From Maridesulfovibrio ferrireducens (GTDB lineage Bacteria; Desulfobacterota; Desulfovibrionia; Desulfovibrionales; Desulfovibrionaceae): DNA of 64,000 bases. Under the pieces are notes generated by a model, which ran no database searches, was not told where the DNA came from, and saw only the letters and a list, made by a program, of their open reading frames with translations. The position numbers and the translations under genes are program-made. The stretch covers positions 77,954 through 141,953 of the forward strand of contig NZ_JAEINN010000011.1 of the NCBI RefSeq assembly GCF_016342405.1, written 5' to 3'. Positions within the stretch are counted from its first letter, which is position 1, and each line of letters opens with the position of its first letter. Of the stretch, positions 18,534 to 29,432 are shown piece after piece.

Positions 18534-19301
18534 GTGAAAGTGGACGTGAATGAAAAAATAAAAGATAAAAAGTCTCTAGGCCGGGCTTGTGCCAGGTGCT
18601 TTTTGCGCAGTTATTTTGTCGGCGCGGGGTTTAATACCCGCGGATTGCAGAATATCGGTTTCTCTTACGCCATGCAACCCGGGCTTGAAGCTATTTACTC
18701 GGATTCATTGGAGTTGTCTAAGGCTCGTAAGCGTTATGTTAAGCATTATAACTCTCATCCGTTCTGGGCTCCACTGTTGATTGCTATTTTTCTGGCTGTG
18801 GAAATCCAGATTAAAGACGGCAAGTTTCCAGTTTTGCTTTTGAATAAAGTTAAAAATACGACCAGTTATACACTTTCTGCCATCGGTGATTCTGTCTTTG
18901 CCGGAAGTGCCCTGATTTTTTGGGCGTTAGCCACGATATCTCTTTTGCTTGCTGGCAATACTGTTCCGGCTATGTTACTCGGGTTGATATCATTTGTGGG
19001 TTTACAGGTATTTAAAATATATATTTTCTGGGGCGGATTATATAAGGGCCTCGGTTTTTTGGATCAATTGAAAAGGTGGGATCTGATCAATTGGGGAGAA
19101 CGGCTGAAATATGTTAATGCGTTCGTTCTTTTAATAATTTGGACCCAATTATGGCCTTCGGGTATGGGAATTTTCCAGTGGTATGGCGGAGCCGTAATAT
19201 TAGGCTCTCTAGGGTGGTTGATCGCAACCGGAAAGATTTCCAGAGAAGTTATTGCAGTTCTTTTTGTAGTAGCGAGTTTGTTTCTAATAAACTTAATTTA
19301 A
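18534..19301 (+). CDS. PTS mannose/fructose/sorbose family IID-like membrane component
   Basis: GTG start. The N-terminal FLRSYFVGAGFNTRGLQNIGFSYAMQPGLEAIY...HYNSHPFWAP matches the EIID signature region and is followed by TM segments. Confidence 0.7.
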   Translation: MKVDVNEKIKDKKSLGRACARCFLRSYFVGAGFNTRGLQNIGFSYAMQPGLEAIYSDSLELSKARKRYVKHYNSHPFWAPLLIAIFLAVEIQIKDGKFPVLLLNKVKNTTSYTLSAIGDSVFAGSALIFWALATISLLLAGNTVPAMLLGLISFVGLQVFKIYIFWGGLYKGLGFLDQLKRWDLINWGERLKYVNAFVLLIIWTQLWPSGMGIFQWYGGAVILGSLGWLIATGKISREVIAVLFVVASLFLINLI

Positions 19302-19350
19302 GTTAAGACTTTTGCGTTTGCAGAATTATGATATAAAGGAATGGTCGAAA

Positions 19351-19668
19351 ATGATTGAGAATAGCGCGCTGCGGGAAGGTTTCCCTGATTCGGAGAACGC
19401 TGTAGCCCGGACTGTTATTGTAGTTAACCAATTGGGACTGCATGCTCGTCCGGCGGCGCGGCTTGCACAGGAAGCTCAGAATTTTCAGGCTGAGATTGCA
19501 ATTATTTGTGATTCTCAGGAAGTGGATGCTAAGAGCATTCTTGACATTCTGACTCTTGCAGCTGCACAGGGAAGCACTCTTGAATTGAGGGCCGACGGTA
19601 TTGATGCCGATGCAGCTCTTGATTGTCTGGAAGAAATGTTTAAGTCAAAATTTGGAGAGGAAAAGTAG
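19351..19668 (+). CDS. ptsH: phosphocarrier protein HPr
   Basis: GLHARPAARLAQEA contains the active-site His. The ORF was trimmed to the ATG at 19351. Confidence 0.85.
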   Translation: MIENSALREGFPDSENAVARTVIVVNQLGLHARPAARLAQEAQNFQAEIAIICDSQEVDAKSILDILTLAAAQGSTLELRADGIDADAALDCLEEMFKSKFGEEK

Positions 19669-21452
19669 TGGCCAGGGAAGTCGTTTCAGGCATTTCCGTT
19701 TCAACGGGTATTGCTATCGGTAAAGCCTATTTTTTGAATCGCAGCATCTCTTCGAGGTTGCCGCGACAGACTGTGCCTGTGCACATGGTTGCCGATGAAA
19801 AAGAGCGATTGACGTATGCCTTTACTGAAGCAGTTAAAGAGCTTGCGGCTGTCCGTGAAAAAGTTCCTGCTGAACTGAAAGAGCATCAGCTTATTATTGA
19901 TTCTCATTTGATGATGCTCAAGGATCCTAAGCTTTCCAAAAGAGCCACAAAATATATTGATGATCTTTGTATTAATGCAGAGTGGGCACTTGATAAGGCT
20001 GTAAATGATCTTGATAAAACTTTCGGTGCGCTGGAAGATAAATATATCCGGGAACGCATGCAGGACGTGCGCCAGGTAGCTCAGAGGGTTCAGACTAAGC
20101 TTATAGGCGGAGAAGCGAGCGTAAGCCCTATTCAGGGGCGTGCAGTGCTTATGGCTCACGACTTGTCACCTGCTGACACCATCGAGTTGGAAATCAATAA
20201 GCTTATGGCTTTTGTTACAACTCTCGGCGGTAAAACGTCTCATACCGGAATTTTAGCCCGTACTCTTAATATCCCTGCTTTGGTAGGTGCTGAGAAGCTT
20301 GAAAGCTGCGTTGTTGATGGTGACCTTGTCATTGTGGATGGCCTTTCGGGTAAAATTTTAGTTGATCCCGATGAGGATGAACTCGAACATTATTACAATT
20401 TACAGAATCAATTCGAAAGTTATCAGGCCACTATTATAAGAAGTTGTCATCTTCCGGCTGAAACCGAAGACGGTTACAGAGTTCAGGTTTTAGCTAATAT
20501 TGAACTTTTTGAAGAAGTTTCAGCTGTTATCGATAATGGCGGAGAAGGGATCGGGCTGTTCAGAACAGAGTATGCCTATTTGAACCGCAGCAGTCTGCCC
20601 GACGAAGAAGAGCTTTGCGAAAAATACACTGAGCTTGCTGCTATTATGTCACCCCGTAAGGTTGTTTTGAGAACTCTTGACCTTGGTGCTGATAAATTTA
20701 TGTCTTATTTCGGTCCGCTTGATGAGGCTAATCCGGCCATGGGACTCAGAGCGGTCAGGTTTTGTCTGAAACATGAAGAACTTTTTCATACTCAGTTGAG
20801 GGCTATTTTGCGGGCAAGTGTGCATGGCAACGTGTCGCTCATGTTCCCAATGATTTCCGGGCTGAAAGAAGTCCATCAGGCAAAAGCAGCCTTAGCCCGC
20901 GCCCAGATAGAGCTGACAGCAGAAGGCATTCCGTACGATCATGACATGCAGGTAGGTGTTATGATTGAGCTTCCTGCTGCGGTGATGATTGCAGAAATTT
21001 TGGCGCAGGAAGTCGACTTTTTCAGTATCGGAACAAATGATCTGATTCAGTACAGTTTGGGTATCGATCGTACTAATCCGCATGTTTCTTATCTTTATCA
21101 GCCTTTGCATCCGGCGATAGTACGCTCCATCAAGTATGTTGTTGACGCGGGACATAGAGCAGGGATAGGCGTAAGTCTGTGCGGAGAAGTCGCATCTGAT
21201 CCGTATTGTGTGCCTATTTTGATGGGTATGCAAATTGACAGTCTCAGTCTTACTCCGCAGGCAATTCCGGGAATTAAGCGAATTTTACGTCAACTTGGAA
21301 TGCCTGAATGTAAACAGCTGTTGAAAGAGGTTCTGCAGTGTCGCACGGTTGCTCATATTAACCGTCTTGTTACTGAAAATATTTATAAAAAATATCCGGA
21401 AGAGCTAATCTTTTTTGCTTCGCTTCTGGATAATGAAGATATCGCAGGTTAA
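19668..21452 (+). CDS. ptsI: phosphoenolpyruvate-protein phosphotransferase (PTS Enzyme I)
   Basis: 594 aa with [21 protein letters not shown] (phospho-His region) and [14 protein letters not shown]. The GTG start overlaps the ptsH stop (TAGTG). Confidence 0.9.
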   Translation: MAREVVSGISVSTGIAIGKAYFLNRSISSRLPRQTVPVHMVADEKERLTYAFTEAVKELAAVREKVPAELKEHQLIIDSHLMMLKDPKLSKRATKYIDDLCINAEWALDKAVNDLDKTFGALEDKYIRERMQDVRQVAQRVQTKLIGGEASVSPIQGRAVLMAHDLSPADTIELEINKLMAFVTTLGGKTSHTGILARTLNIPALVGAEKLESCVVDGDLVIVDGLSGKILVDPDEDELEHYYNLQNQFESYQATIIRSCHLPAETEDGYRVQVLANIELFEEVSAVIDNGGEGIGLFRTEYAYLNRSSLPDEEELCEKYTELAAIMSPRKVVLRTLDLGADKFMSYFGPLDEANPAMGLRAVRFCLKHEELFHTQLRAILRASVHGNVSLMFPMISGLKEVHQAKAALARAQIELTAEGIPYDHDMQVGVMIELPAAVMIAEILAQEVDFFSIGTNDLIQYSLGIDRTNPHVSYLYQPLHPAIVRSIKYVVDAGHRAGIGVSLCGEVASDPYCVPILMGMQIDSLSLTPQAIPGIKRILRQLGMPECKQLLKEVLQCRTVAHINRLVTENIYKKYPEELIFFASLLDNEDIAG

Positions 21453-21460
21453 AATTTATT

Positions 21461-21928
21461 ATGGCTAAAGCTAAAAAGAAAAGTCCTTCTTCCATCGCAC
21501 GGAATAAGATTGCTCGTCGAAATTATGATTTTATAGAGACTTTGGAAGCAGGTCTTGTACTTGTGGGAACAGAGGTTAAATCTCTGCGCCAAGGGCAGAT
21601 CAGTTTTAATGACGGGTATATAAATTTTAAAGATGGCGAAGCATGGCTGGTGGGTATTCACATTGCGCCCTACGATCACGCTGGTCATTTACAGCATGAC
21701 CCGGACCGTTCGCGTAAGCTGTTGCTTCATGATCACGAAATTATAAAACTACAGGCAAAGTCCGAGCAGAAAGGGCTGACTGTAATTCCTGTGAGCCTTT
21801 ATTTTTCTAACGGCAAAATTAAATTACAGATAGCTCTTGCCAAAGGTAAGAATGTTCATAGTCGTAAAGAAGAATTGAAACGGCGTGATATAGCAAAAGA
21901 CACGGCCCGCCAGCTAGTCAATTATTGA
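21461..21928 (+). CDS. smpB: SsrA-binding protein SmpB
   Basis: 155 aa. [32 protein letters not shown] is typical of SmpB. Confidence 0.9.
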   Translation: MAKAKKKSPSSIARNKIARRNYDFIETLEAGLVLVGTEVKSLRQGQISFNDGYINFKDGEAWLVGIHIAPYDHAGHLQHDPDRSRKLLLHDHEIIKLQAKSEQKGLTVIPVSLYFSNGKIKLQIALAKGKNVHSRKEELKRRDIAKDTARQLVNY

Positions 21929-22028
21929 TCTAGCGGACGAGCCGTAAAAACTTTTACCACCCCTTGCCGGTAGGTGGATAAAGTAGGGTATGGGATAGTA
22001 ATCTTTCGTCCGTCAAGGAGCGAAATTT

Positions 22029-22187
22029 TTACTGAAGTCTCGAAACTAAAACGGTGAGGGCCATTGTAGCTCCGATCCAGAAAAATAGTTTAATCGTGCC
22101 GGTTACGGGATCGAGTCTTTTATAGCCAGAAATGCTGTCTTCGGGAGTTAATATTTCCATTACGAAGGTGCTGACGCTGTTTCCCAT
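22029..22187 (-). CDS. small hydrophobic protein (52 aa), not in the ORF track
   Basis: ATG at 22187 with GAGGAG 7 nt upstream. Translation: MGNSVSTFVMEILTPEDSISGYKRLDPVTGTIKLFFWIGATMALTVLVSRLQ, with one predicted C-terminal TM segment. Divergent from the lysR-type gene. Confidence 0.4.
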   Translation of the reverse strand: MGNSVSTFVMEILTPEDSISGYKRLDPVTGTIKLFFWIGATMALTVLVSRLQ

Positions 22188-22262
22188 GACGATTCTCCTC
22201 TGTCGTGATGTTGATTTAAAAAAATCACGAACTTGATGAATTGTTAATGCCTGTTTTATTTC

Positions 22263-22288
22263 GTTCTATCCAACGGGAATAATAGAAC
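22263..22288. promoter_or_regulatory. inverted repeat GTTCTAT-N12-ATAGAAC in the lysR divergent intergenic region (candidate LysR-type binding site)
   Basis: Perfect 7-bp arms at 22263-22269 and 22282-22288. A nearby palindrome TATCGATA lies at 22303-22310. Confidence 0.3.
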
Positions 22289-22366
22289 CCCCCCTTTAAG
22301 TTTATCGATAGACCTTGAAACCAATTTCGGACAAATTTAAAGAAGATTATATAAGCTGCCTGAATT

Positions 22367-23245
22367 ATGGAACTATACCAAATAAAAACCTTTGTGGTTG
22401 TCGCTTGTGAAGGCAATTTAACCCGCGCCGCTAAACGGCTTCATGCCAGTCAGTCGACAATCAGTTTGCATATTAAATCTCTTGAGGAAGAACTTGATGT
22501 ATGTCTTTTTTTGCGTACTCCCAAGGGAATGGTTTCTACTCCGGAAGGCGAGGTTCTTCTGAAAAGGGCTCAGGATGTTCTTGATTCTGTAGAAAAAATG
22601 CAAGCTGAAGCTAATTCTCTTCGCGGCGATGTGTCCGGAGAAGCCCGTGTGGGATTGCAGACTTCACCTGTTTATTTAAGAACCCCCCAGCTTATTAAGT
22701 GCATTAAAGAATATTATCCCGGCCTTAATCTACAATTTATTCAGAATCATACATGGACTATCCGGCGTGAAGTAGTGGGTAGAGCTATTGAGGGCGGCTT
22801 TTTTTATTCGGTATATCCGCCTGATGAAATGGAAGGGATTATTTTAGAAAATACTGTGCTTAGAGTTGTAGGGCCTGTCTCTTGGCGGGATAAGATGGAA
22901 AACGCCAAATGGGAAGATCTTGCAAAACTGCCGTGGATTTGGACTCCCGCCGAGTGTTCATTCAGTCAAAAATTGAACGAAAAGTTTCATTCTCTCGGGC
23001 TTGAGGCCAGTAAATCTATGATCGCTGACAGCGAGGACGCACATAATGCTTTGGTGCGTTTTGAAAACGGGGTAACTGTCATGCGTGATGATGAAGCTCG
23101 CGAAGGGGAAGAAGGCGGGTCTTTTTATATATGGCCCGGCGGGCATCTCGAAGTGGGATTGTATTTTGGATTTCATAAACAACGCATGGCTGACCCGATT
23201 GTAAAAGCTTTGATTGACTGTGTTGAAAAAGTCTGGAAATCCTGA
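22367..23245 (+). CDS. LysR family transcriptional regulator
   Basis: N-terminal HTH region LTRAAKRLHASQSTISLHIKSLEEEL. 292 aa. Confidence 0.9.
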   Translation: MELYQIKTFVVVACEGNLTRAAKRLHASQSTISLHIKSLEEELDVCLFLRTPKGMVSTPEGEVLLKRAQDVLDSVEKMQAEANSLRGDVSGEARVGLQTSPVYLRTPQLIKCIKEYYPGLNLQFIQNHTWTIRREVVGRAIEGGFFYSVYPPDEMEGIILENTVLRVVGPVSWRDKMENAKWEDLAKLPWIWTPAECSFSQKLNEKFHSLGLEASKSMIADSEDAHNALVRFENGVTVMRDDEAREGEEGGSFYIWPGGHLEVGLYFGFHKQRMADPIVKALIDCVEKVWKS

Positions 23246-23265
23246 GCTTCTTCGGTGGAGAATCA

Positions 23266-24654
23266 ATGAAATTTTATCCAGAAAAATTATCCAAAGCACA
23301 ACGTAAGTTTTTAAAAGAGCTTTTCCCTGAAGGTGAAAGCGGCTTTTCGGATGGAGAGCTTCTCTCTTGCGGAGTTGATGCCAGTCGTAAGCATGCTAAG
23401 CCGCTTGCGCTTGTTAAGCCTCATTCTGTTAAGCAGGTATCGGAACTTCTGGCTTGGGCGCAGAGAGAGCGTATGCCTATTTATCCACGGGCAAGAGCCA
23501 CAAACAAAGTCGGTGGTTGTGTTCCGGTTAAGAACGGTGTTGTTGTTTCCATGCTGGGGATGAATTCTATTTTAGATATTGACCCGCAGGATTTTGTCGC
23601 AGTTGTTCAGCCCGGAGTCATTACTGCGGATTTGCAGAAAGCCGTAGAAGAGCGAGGATTGTTTTATCCTCCCGACCCCGCAAGTCTTAAAATTTCAACT
23701 ATCGGTGGGAATATTTCTACATGCGCCGGTGGAATGCGGGCTGTTAAATACGGAGTCACGCGTGATTACGTGCTCGGCCTTGAGGTGATTATTCCCGGAG
23801 GCGAGGTCATTCACACTGGCGGGCGTACGCATAAGAATGTTGTTGGGCTTGATCTAACAAGACTGATGGTCGGTTCCGCAGGATCGTTGGGGGTGATTAC
23901 TCAGGCGACACTTAAATTACTTCCTCTTCCTGAAACATCCGCATCTGTTCTTATCGGTTTCGAGAATTTACCCGGCTGTTTGAAAGGTGCTGAAGCTGTT
24001 TTCGGGTGCGGGATTTTGCCTACAGCTATGGAACTTATGGATCGCAATACGCTGAAAGCTCTTAAACTTCATTCCGATGTACCTTGGCCTGAAGAAACGG
24101 GAGGAGTGCTTCTTCTTAAAATTGATGGCTCCCATGAATCCGTTGAAGCTGATCTCAGGCAGATTGAAAAAGCTCTTTCAAATGAGCCTACTACTTTCCT
24201 TGAAAAGGGGAGCGGAGAGGATCAGGAACGGCTGTGGGAATTACGCAGAGTTATAAGTCCTGCTGCTTTCAATCTTGCTCCTGATAAGCAGGGCGAAGAT
24301 GTTGCCGTGCCGCGCGGAAAAGTTGCACAGGCTATTGAAATTTATCATGAAATTGGTAAGAATTTTGGTCTTGTTGTTATGTGTTTCGGTCATCTGGGTG
24401 ACGGGAATATTCATGTCAGTGTGATGTATGACAAATCTGTTCCCGGTCAGTCTGATAATGCGTTAAAGGCGAAAAAAGCCATATTCAGCAGCACTCTGTC
24501 GCTTGGCGGAACACTGTCTGGAGAACATGGTATCGGTTTGACGAAAGCAGACTATCTCGGAATGCAGATTGGTGATACCGAATTAAATCTAATGCACCGA
24601 ATTAAAAACGTTTTTGATCCGTTGAATATAATGAATCCCGGGAAGGCTGTTTAA
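23266..24654 (+). CDS. FAD-binding oxidoreductase, GlcD / D-lactate dehydrogenase-like
   Basis: 462 aa with a PCMH-type FAD-binding fold pattern and a C-terminal GTLSGEHGIGL motif. Paired with a GlcF-like Fe-S subunit. Confidence 0.85.
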   Translation: MKFYPEKLSKAQRKFLKELFPEGESGFSDGELLSCGVDASRKHAKPLALVKPHSVKQVSELLAWAQRERMPIYPRARATNKVGGCVPVKNGVVVSMLGMNSILDIDPQDFVAVVQPGVITADLQKAVEERGLFYPPDPASLKISTIGGNISTCAGGMRAVKYGVTRDYVLGLEVIIPGGEVIHTGGRTHKNVVGLDLTRLMVGSAGSLGVITQATLKLLPLPETSASVLIGFENLPGCLKGAEAVFGCGILPTAMELMDRNTLKALKLHSDVPWPEETGGVLLLKIDGSHESVEADLRQIEKALSNEPTTFLEKGSGEDQERLWELRRVISPAAFNLAPDKQGEDVAVPRGKVAQAIEIYHEIGKNFGLVVMCFGHLGDGNIHVSVMYDKSVPGQSDNALKAKKAIFSSTLSLGGTLSGEHGIGLTKADYLGMQIGDTELNLMHRIKNVFDPLNIMNPGKAV

Positions 24655-25790
24655 TGGCTGTGTCCAAAAGCTGTGTTCAGTGCGGTAAATGTCTTGAAGT
24701 CTGTCCCCTTTTTAAGGTTACAGGGCGGGAAGAACTGACTCCGCGAGCAAAATTTTTCTTGGAAGGGTTGAATCCTTCCGAAGGTTTAAACGAAAAAGAT
24801 TTTAAGTCTCTAGCATCCATGTGTCTTTCTTGTGGAAGGTGTGAAAATATCTGCCCGCAAAACATGTCCGGTCCTGATTTGGTATCGTCATTAAGAGCAG
24901 AGTCCAAAGGCTTTACTAAGACTTGCTGGGATTTATGGCTTTCGAAGCCCGGGTTTATTTGGCCTATGGTGGCAGCTTTATCAAAGTTTTCTCCTGCTAA
25001 TCTGCCGGAGCCTGTCGGCTCTGCTAAAAAAAGGATGGAAGCTCTTTTCGCAAAAAGTCCCAAACCTTGGGCTAAGCTTGTTCCCGATATTAAATTTGAA
25101 GAGCAGAAAGTTGTACTCTTTGAAGGTTGTGTCGGCAGGTATGCACGCAGGGATTGGACTCGTAAGGCAGAACACTTTATGGACGGCCTAGGTTTGGTCA
25201 GGGCTGATAAACCTGATTTTGTCTGTTGCGGGTCGTCTTATGGTGGTGCCGGGCTGCTTGACCGGCAATGCAAGGCTAGAAAGGCCAATATCACAGCATG
25301 GAAGAACTCAAATTTTCCGCTTGTCATCATTTTCTGTACTACCTGCCTGAAAGGGCTTAAAGAATATTCTTTGGCCGATTTTGACGGAGATAGAGAGCTT
25401 CATAATAAATGGGTTTCATGTCTCATTCCGTTGTCTTCTTTGTTGTTAGATGCGGATGTGACACTCTTAGAAAACAGTCCACAGCAGGTAATTTATCATA
25501 AACCCTGCCATGCACCTCAGCCGGATTCAGATCAGGCATTAGTTGAAGCTGTCGCGGGTGAAAAGTTGATGCCTGTCAACAGTGATCTTTGCTGCGGATT
25601 CGGTGGAATTCTACAGCTCGGTGCACCTGAACTTTCGAAGCAGGTGGGATATTTTTGCATAGATGCGCTTACAAAATCAGTATCACCCGGAGCACATATT
25701 TTGACGGGCTGCTCAGCCTGCGTTATTCAGCTTGCAACTCTAGCAAAAGCTGATTTTTTTACGGGTCATTGGCTTGATATTTTGGAATAA
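24654..25790 (+). CDS. (Fe-S)-binding CCG-domain protein, GlcF-like partner subunit
   Basis: CVQCGKCLEVCP and CLSCGRCENICP, with CCG motifs CCGSSYGG and CCGFGG. The start overlaps the upstream stop. Confidence 0.85.
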   Translation: MAVSKSCVQCGKCLEVCPLFKVTGREELTPRAKFFLEGLNPSEGLNEKDFKSLASMCLSCGRCENICPQNMSGPDLVSSLRAESKGFTKTCWDLWLSKPGFIWPMVAALSKFSPANLPEPVGSAKKRMEALFAKSPKPWAKLVPDIKFEEQKVVLFEGCVGRYARRDWTRKAEHFMDGLGLVRADKPDFVCCGSSYGGAGLLDRQCKARKANITAWKNSNFPLVIIFCTTCLKGLKEYSLADFDGDRELHNKWVSCLIPLSSLLLDADVTLLENSPQQVIYHKPCHAPQPDSDQALVEAVAGEKLMPVNSDLCCGFGGILQLGAPELSKQVGYFCIDALTKSVSPGAHILTGCSACVIQLATLAKADFFTGHWLDILE

Positions 25791-25868
25791 AGACTTATTT
25801 GGGAACAGTTGCTCGTTTTCATTGAAGAAAAATACGCGGGAATCGCCGCCGAGAAAAAAGGATATTAA

Positions 25869-28382
25869 ATGTTTAACGCCATAGTTTCGACGATATTCGG
25901 TTCCAGTAATGAAAGGTTTATTAAAAAGCTTAAACCGCAGATTGATGCAATTGCTTCATTTGAACCGGAAATGGAAAAGCTGACTGATGAACAGTTTCCG
26001 CAGAAAGTTGCTCAGTGGAAAGAAGAAGTCGCAGCGGGAAAAGATCTTGATGATATCCTGCCGGAAGTTTTTGCTTTAGTCCGTGAAGCCGGAAAACGTT
26101 CTCTTGGCATGCGTCATTACGATGTACAGATGGTCGGTGGTCTGGTTTTGCACGGTGGAAGAATTGCGGAAATGAAAACTGGTGAAGGTAAAACCCTCGT
26201 GGCTACTTTGCCTGCTGTTCTTAACGCTATTTCCGGTAAAGGTGTTCACCTTATCACCGTCAATGACTACCTTGCCACTCGTGATGCGGGTTGGATGGGT
26301 AAACTTTATAATTTTCTAGGTCTCACAATCGGTGTTGTCGTTCATGGTCAAACTGATCAAGAACGGCAGGACGCTTACGCATGTGATATCACTTATGGTA
26401 CGAATAATGAGTTTGGTTTTGATTATCTTCGTGACAACATGAAGTTTTACAAAGAACAGCTTGTTCAGCGTGAACTGAATTTTGCTATTGTTGATGAAGT
26501 TGACTCCATTTTAGTTGATGAAGCACGTACTCCGCTTATTATTTCCGGTTCCTCTGATGAAGCAACCGGTATGTATGCTCAGGTTGATACCATCATCCCT
26601 CTTCTTAAGCGGGACGTTGATTTTGAAGTGGATGAAAAAGGTCACTCCATAACGATGACTGAGGAAGGTGTTACCAAGTGCGAGCAGATTCTTAAAATTG
26701 ATAATCTTTACGATTCTCAGCATATTTCATTTCAGCATCACATAATGCAGGGGATCAAAGCTCATCATTTGTTTTCGCGAGATGTTGATTATATCGTAAA
26801 AGATGATCAGGTTGTCATTGTTGATGAATTTACGGGCCGTTTAATGCCTGGCAGACGCTTTTCAGATGGATTACATCAGGCTTTGGAAGCAAAAGAAGGC
26901 GTAAAAGTTGAGTCTGAAAATCAGACACTTGCTTCTATCACTTTTCAGAATTACTTCCGCATGTATAACAAGCTTTCAGGTATGACCGGTACTGCGGATA
27001 CTGAAGCCGTTGAATTTTCGCAGATTTATAATCTTGACGTCATTGTAATCCCTACTAATACGGAGATGGTCCGTAAGGATTACCCTGACTCCATCTATAA
27101 GACGCAGATGGAAAAATATAACGCTATCGCGAACGAAATTGCTACTCTTTATAAGAAAGGTCAGCCTGTACTGGTTGGTACTGTTTCCATTGAAAAATCT
27201 GAGTTGATTGGATCTCTGCTTAAAAAACGGGGAATTCCGCATGACGTGCTGAATGCAAAGCAGCACGAAAAGGAAGCTGAGATTGTAGCAGAAGCCGGCT
27301 TCAAGGGGCATGTCACTATTGCTACGAATATGGCTGGTCGTGGTACTGACATTGTACTCGGAGAAGGCGTTAAGGAGCTTGGCGGGTTGCATATTATCGG
27401 AACAGAGCGGCATGAATCCCGTCGTATTGATAATCAGCTTCGAGGTCGTTCCGGTCGACAGGGTGATCCGGGAAGCTCCCGTTTTTATCTTGCTCTTGAT
27501 GATGACCTGATGAGACTTTTCGGCTCTGAGCGTATTGCCGGCATTATGGATAAGCTGGGAATGCAGGAAGGGGAGCCAATTGAGAATAAAATGGTTTCCA
27601 AAGCTATTGAAAATTCTCAGAAGCGTGTTGAAGGTCATAACTTTGAAATACGTAAACAGTTGCTTGATTATGACAATGTTATGAATCAGCAGCGTGAAGT
27701 TATATACTCACTCCGTCGTGAAGTTATGAATTCTGAAGACATGGATGACATGATTTTCGAGTTCGTTGAAGAACTGCTGGATGAAAGCTATTATCCGGTT
27801 GCTGAGGCCAAAGGTAAACCTTTGGATGAAGAGACTGTGGAAATGGTTAGAATGGGTCTTGACGAGGTCTTCGGGTTCAACCGCAAGGTTGAGTTCAAAG
27901 AAGGTGTGCCGGATCGTGAGCAGGCTGAGGAGTGGATTAAAGACATTCTTGGTGAACTCAAAAGCAACGCTGAAGATCATTACAATGAAATTCAGCGCTA
28001 TTTCATGCTTGAATCTCTTGACCGTAACTGGAAAGATCATCTTCTGAATATGGATCATTTGCGCGAAGGTATAGGTCTTCGTGGATACGGACAGAAAGAC
28101 CCTAAGCATGAGTATAAACGTGAAGGTTTCGAACTCTTTCGGGAAATGCTTGAGCGCATAAAAGAGAATACTGTGAAAGCTCTTTGCCATCTTCGAATTG
28201 AAGCCGAAGTTCGTGATGAAGAGTTTCAGCATAAAGATCAGAAGGGGCTTGAGTATTCCGATAAAGAAGAAGGCGAACCAAAGAAAAAACAGCCGGTGCG
28301 ACGATCCGAACCCAAGGTTGGTAGAAATGAAAATTGCCCTTGTGGAAGCGGAAAGAAATATAAGAAGTGTTGCGGTAAATAG
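25869..28382 (+). CDS. secA: preprotein translocase ATPase SecA
   Basis: 837 aa with [28 protein letters not shown] and the C-terminal zinc motif [14 protein letters not shown]. Confidence 0.97.
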   Translation: MFNAIVSTIFGSSNERFIKKLKPQIDAIASFEPEMEKLTDEQFPQKVAQWKEEVAAGKDLDDILPEVFALVREAGKRSLGMRHYDVQMVGGLVLHGGRIAEMKTGEGKTLVATLPAVLNAISGKGVHLITVNDYLATRDAGWMGKLYNFLGLTIGVVVHGQTDQERQDAYACDITYGTNNEFGFDYLRDNMKFYKEQLVQRELNFAIVDEVDSILVDEARTPLIISGSSDEATGMYAQVDTIIPLLKRDVDFEVDEKGHSITMTEEGVTKCEQILKIDNLYDSQHISFQHHIMQGIKAHHLFSRDVDYIVKDDQVVIVDEFTGRLMPGRRFSDGLHQALEAKEGVKVESENQTLASITFQNYFRMYNKLSGMTGTADTEAVEFSQIYNLDVIVIPTNTEMVRKDYPDSIYKTQMEKYNAIANEIATLYKKGQPVLVGTVSIEKSELIGSLLKKRGIPHDVLNAKQHEKEAEIVAEAGFKGHVTIATNMAGRGTDIVLGEGVKELGGLHIIGTERHESRRIDNQLRGRSGRQGDPGSSRFYLALDDDLMRLFGSERIAGIMDKLGMQEGEPIENKMVSKAIENSQKRVEGHNFEIRKQLLDYDNVMNQQREVIYSLRREVMNSEDMDDMIFEFVEELLDESYYPVAEAKGKPLDEETVEMVRMGLDEVFGFNRKVEFKEGVPDREQAEEWIKDILGELKSNAEDHYNEIQRYFMLESLDRNWKDHLLNMDHLREGIGLRGYGQKDPKHEYKREGFELFREMLERIKENTVKALCHLRIEAEVRDEEFQHKDQKGLEYSDKEEGEPKKKQPVRRSEPKVGRNENCPCGSGKKYKKCCGK

Positions 28383-28403
28383 TTGCTTTTAGATTAGTAG
28401 ACT

Positions 28404-28441
28404 AAAACCCCTGACGGCTTCTGCTGTCAGGGGTTTTTTTA
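28404..28441 (+). terminator. rho-independent terminator after secA
   Basis: AAAACCCCTGACGG...CTGTCAGGGGTTTTTTT. Confidence 0.85.
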
Positions 28442-28474
28442 TAACATTAAAATTATGTTCAGGTGGGAATAACG

Positions 28475-29074
28475 ATGCTTGCAGTATTTTTTCAAACATA
28501 TTTAAAATTGTTTTTTATCCTAACCCCGTTTTTTGCTATATCTGCATTTTTATCTCTGACGCAGGATCTGAGTCCTGCGGAACGGAAAAAAACAGCTGTA
28601 AAGGTTACACTGGCGGTAATAATAAGCTCTCTCGTTGTTTATCTCTATGGACGTTATATTTTTGAATTGTTCGGCATCACTCTTGATGCTTTCAGAATTG
28701 GAGCAGGCGCGATCCTCTTTCTGTCTGCAATGAACATGGTCGGCGGTGGCGGGAAAAAATTTGAAGCCGGCAATGATGATGATGATATTGCAGTTGTTCC
28801 TTTAGCTATTCCTATTGTAGTAGGTCCGGGGACCATTGGCGCTCTTCTCGTAATGGGGTCAACTGTTCAAGGTCTGAAAGATCAGGCTTTAGCTTGCGCA
28901 GCTCTCCTAAGCGCGGTATTAACAGTCGGTGTTCTTTTGTTTGTATCTTCGGGTCTTAAGCGTTTACTTGGTAAGCGCGGACTGAATATTTTAAGCAGAC
29001 TGACCGGACTGTTAGTCGCCTCTATTGCAGCTCAGATATTTTTCACTGGACTGCGAAATTTTATGCTGAATTAA
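28475..29074 (+). CDS. MarC family (UPF0056) membrane protein
   Basis: About 199 aa with 6 hydrophobic segments and a central GGGGKKFE loop. Start set to the ATG at 28475, preceded by AGGTGG. Confidence 0.7.
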   Translation: MLAVFFQTYLKLFFILTPFFAISAFLSLTQDLSPAERKKTAVKVTLAVIISSLVVYLYGRYIFELFGITLDAFRIGAGAILFLSAMNMVGGGGKKFEAGNDDDDIAVVPLAIPIVVGPGTIGALLVMGSTVQGLKDQALACAALLSAVLTVGVLLFVSSGLKRLLGKRGLNILSRLTGLLVASIAAQIFFTGLRNFMLN

Positions 29075-29104
29075 GTTACCGCTTATTCAAAGGAGGAATT
29101 TTAG

Positions 29105-29326
29105 ATGGACAGCAGCAAGACTCTTACAGAGAGATTTTTGGTGGCTCTTTTTAGACGGGGACAAGCTCCTTACCTTCCTATTTCGTACCTTAAGGAGCAG
29201 GGAGATAAAGTGCTCAGCAAAGGTGAAACTGATAAGCTTCTCACTATGCTGACAGAAATGGTTAAGCAGGGTTCTCTTGAATTGAAAGACGGAGAATATA
29301 AACTTCTCAATGATCCTTTTGCGTAG
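29105..29326 (+). CDS. hypothetical small protein
   Basis: 73 aa with a strong SD (AAAGGAGG) upstream and a terminator downstream. No recognisable motif. Confidence 0.55.
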   Translation: MDSSKTLTERFLVALFRRGQAPYLPISYLKEQGDKVLSKGETDKLLTMLTEMVKQGSLELKDGEYKLLNDPFA

Positions 29327-29392
29327 CATCCGAAGTCTGGATTCAGTATATATTTTGTTGTAATTATTTTAGAAGTCTTGGAAAAGTTGTGA

Positions 29393-29421
29393 GCCGTTGA
29401 AGTTTTCTTCAGCGGCTTTTT
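29393..29421 (+). terminator. rho-independent terminator
   Basis: GCCGTTGAAG-tttt-CTTCAGCGGC followed by TTTTT. Confidence 0.65.
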
Positions 29422-29432
29422 CTTTGATGAAA

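Noticed and set aside
21929-22028. Possible tmRNA (ssrA) adjacent to smpB.
   Set aside because: The region forms a hairpin (CGGACGA/TCGTCCG with an inner CCACC/GGTGG). It has no tRNA-like acceptor/T-arm end, no tag reading frame, and is far too short. It is more likely a convergent terminator region.
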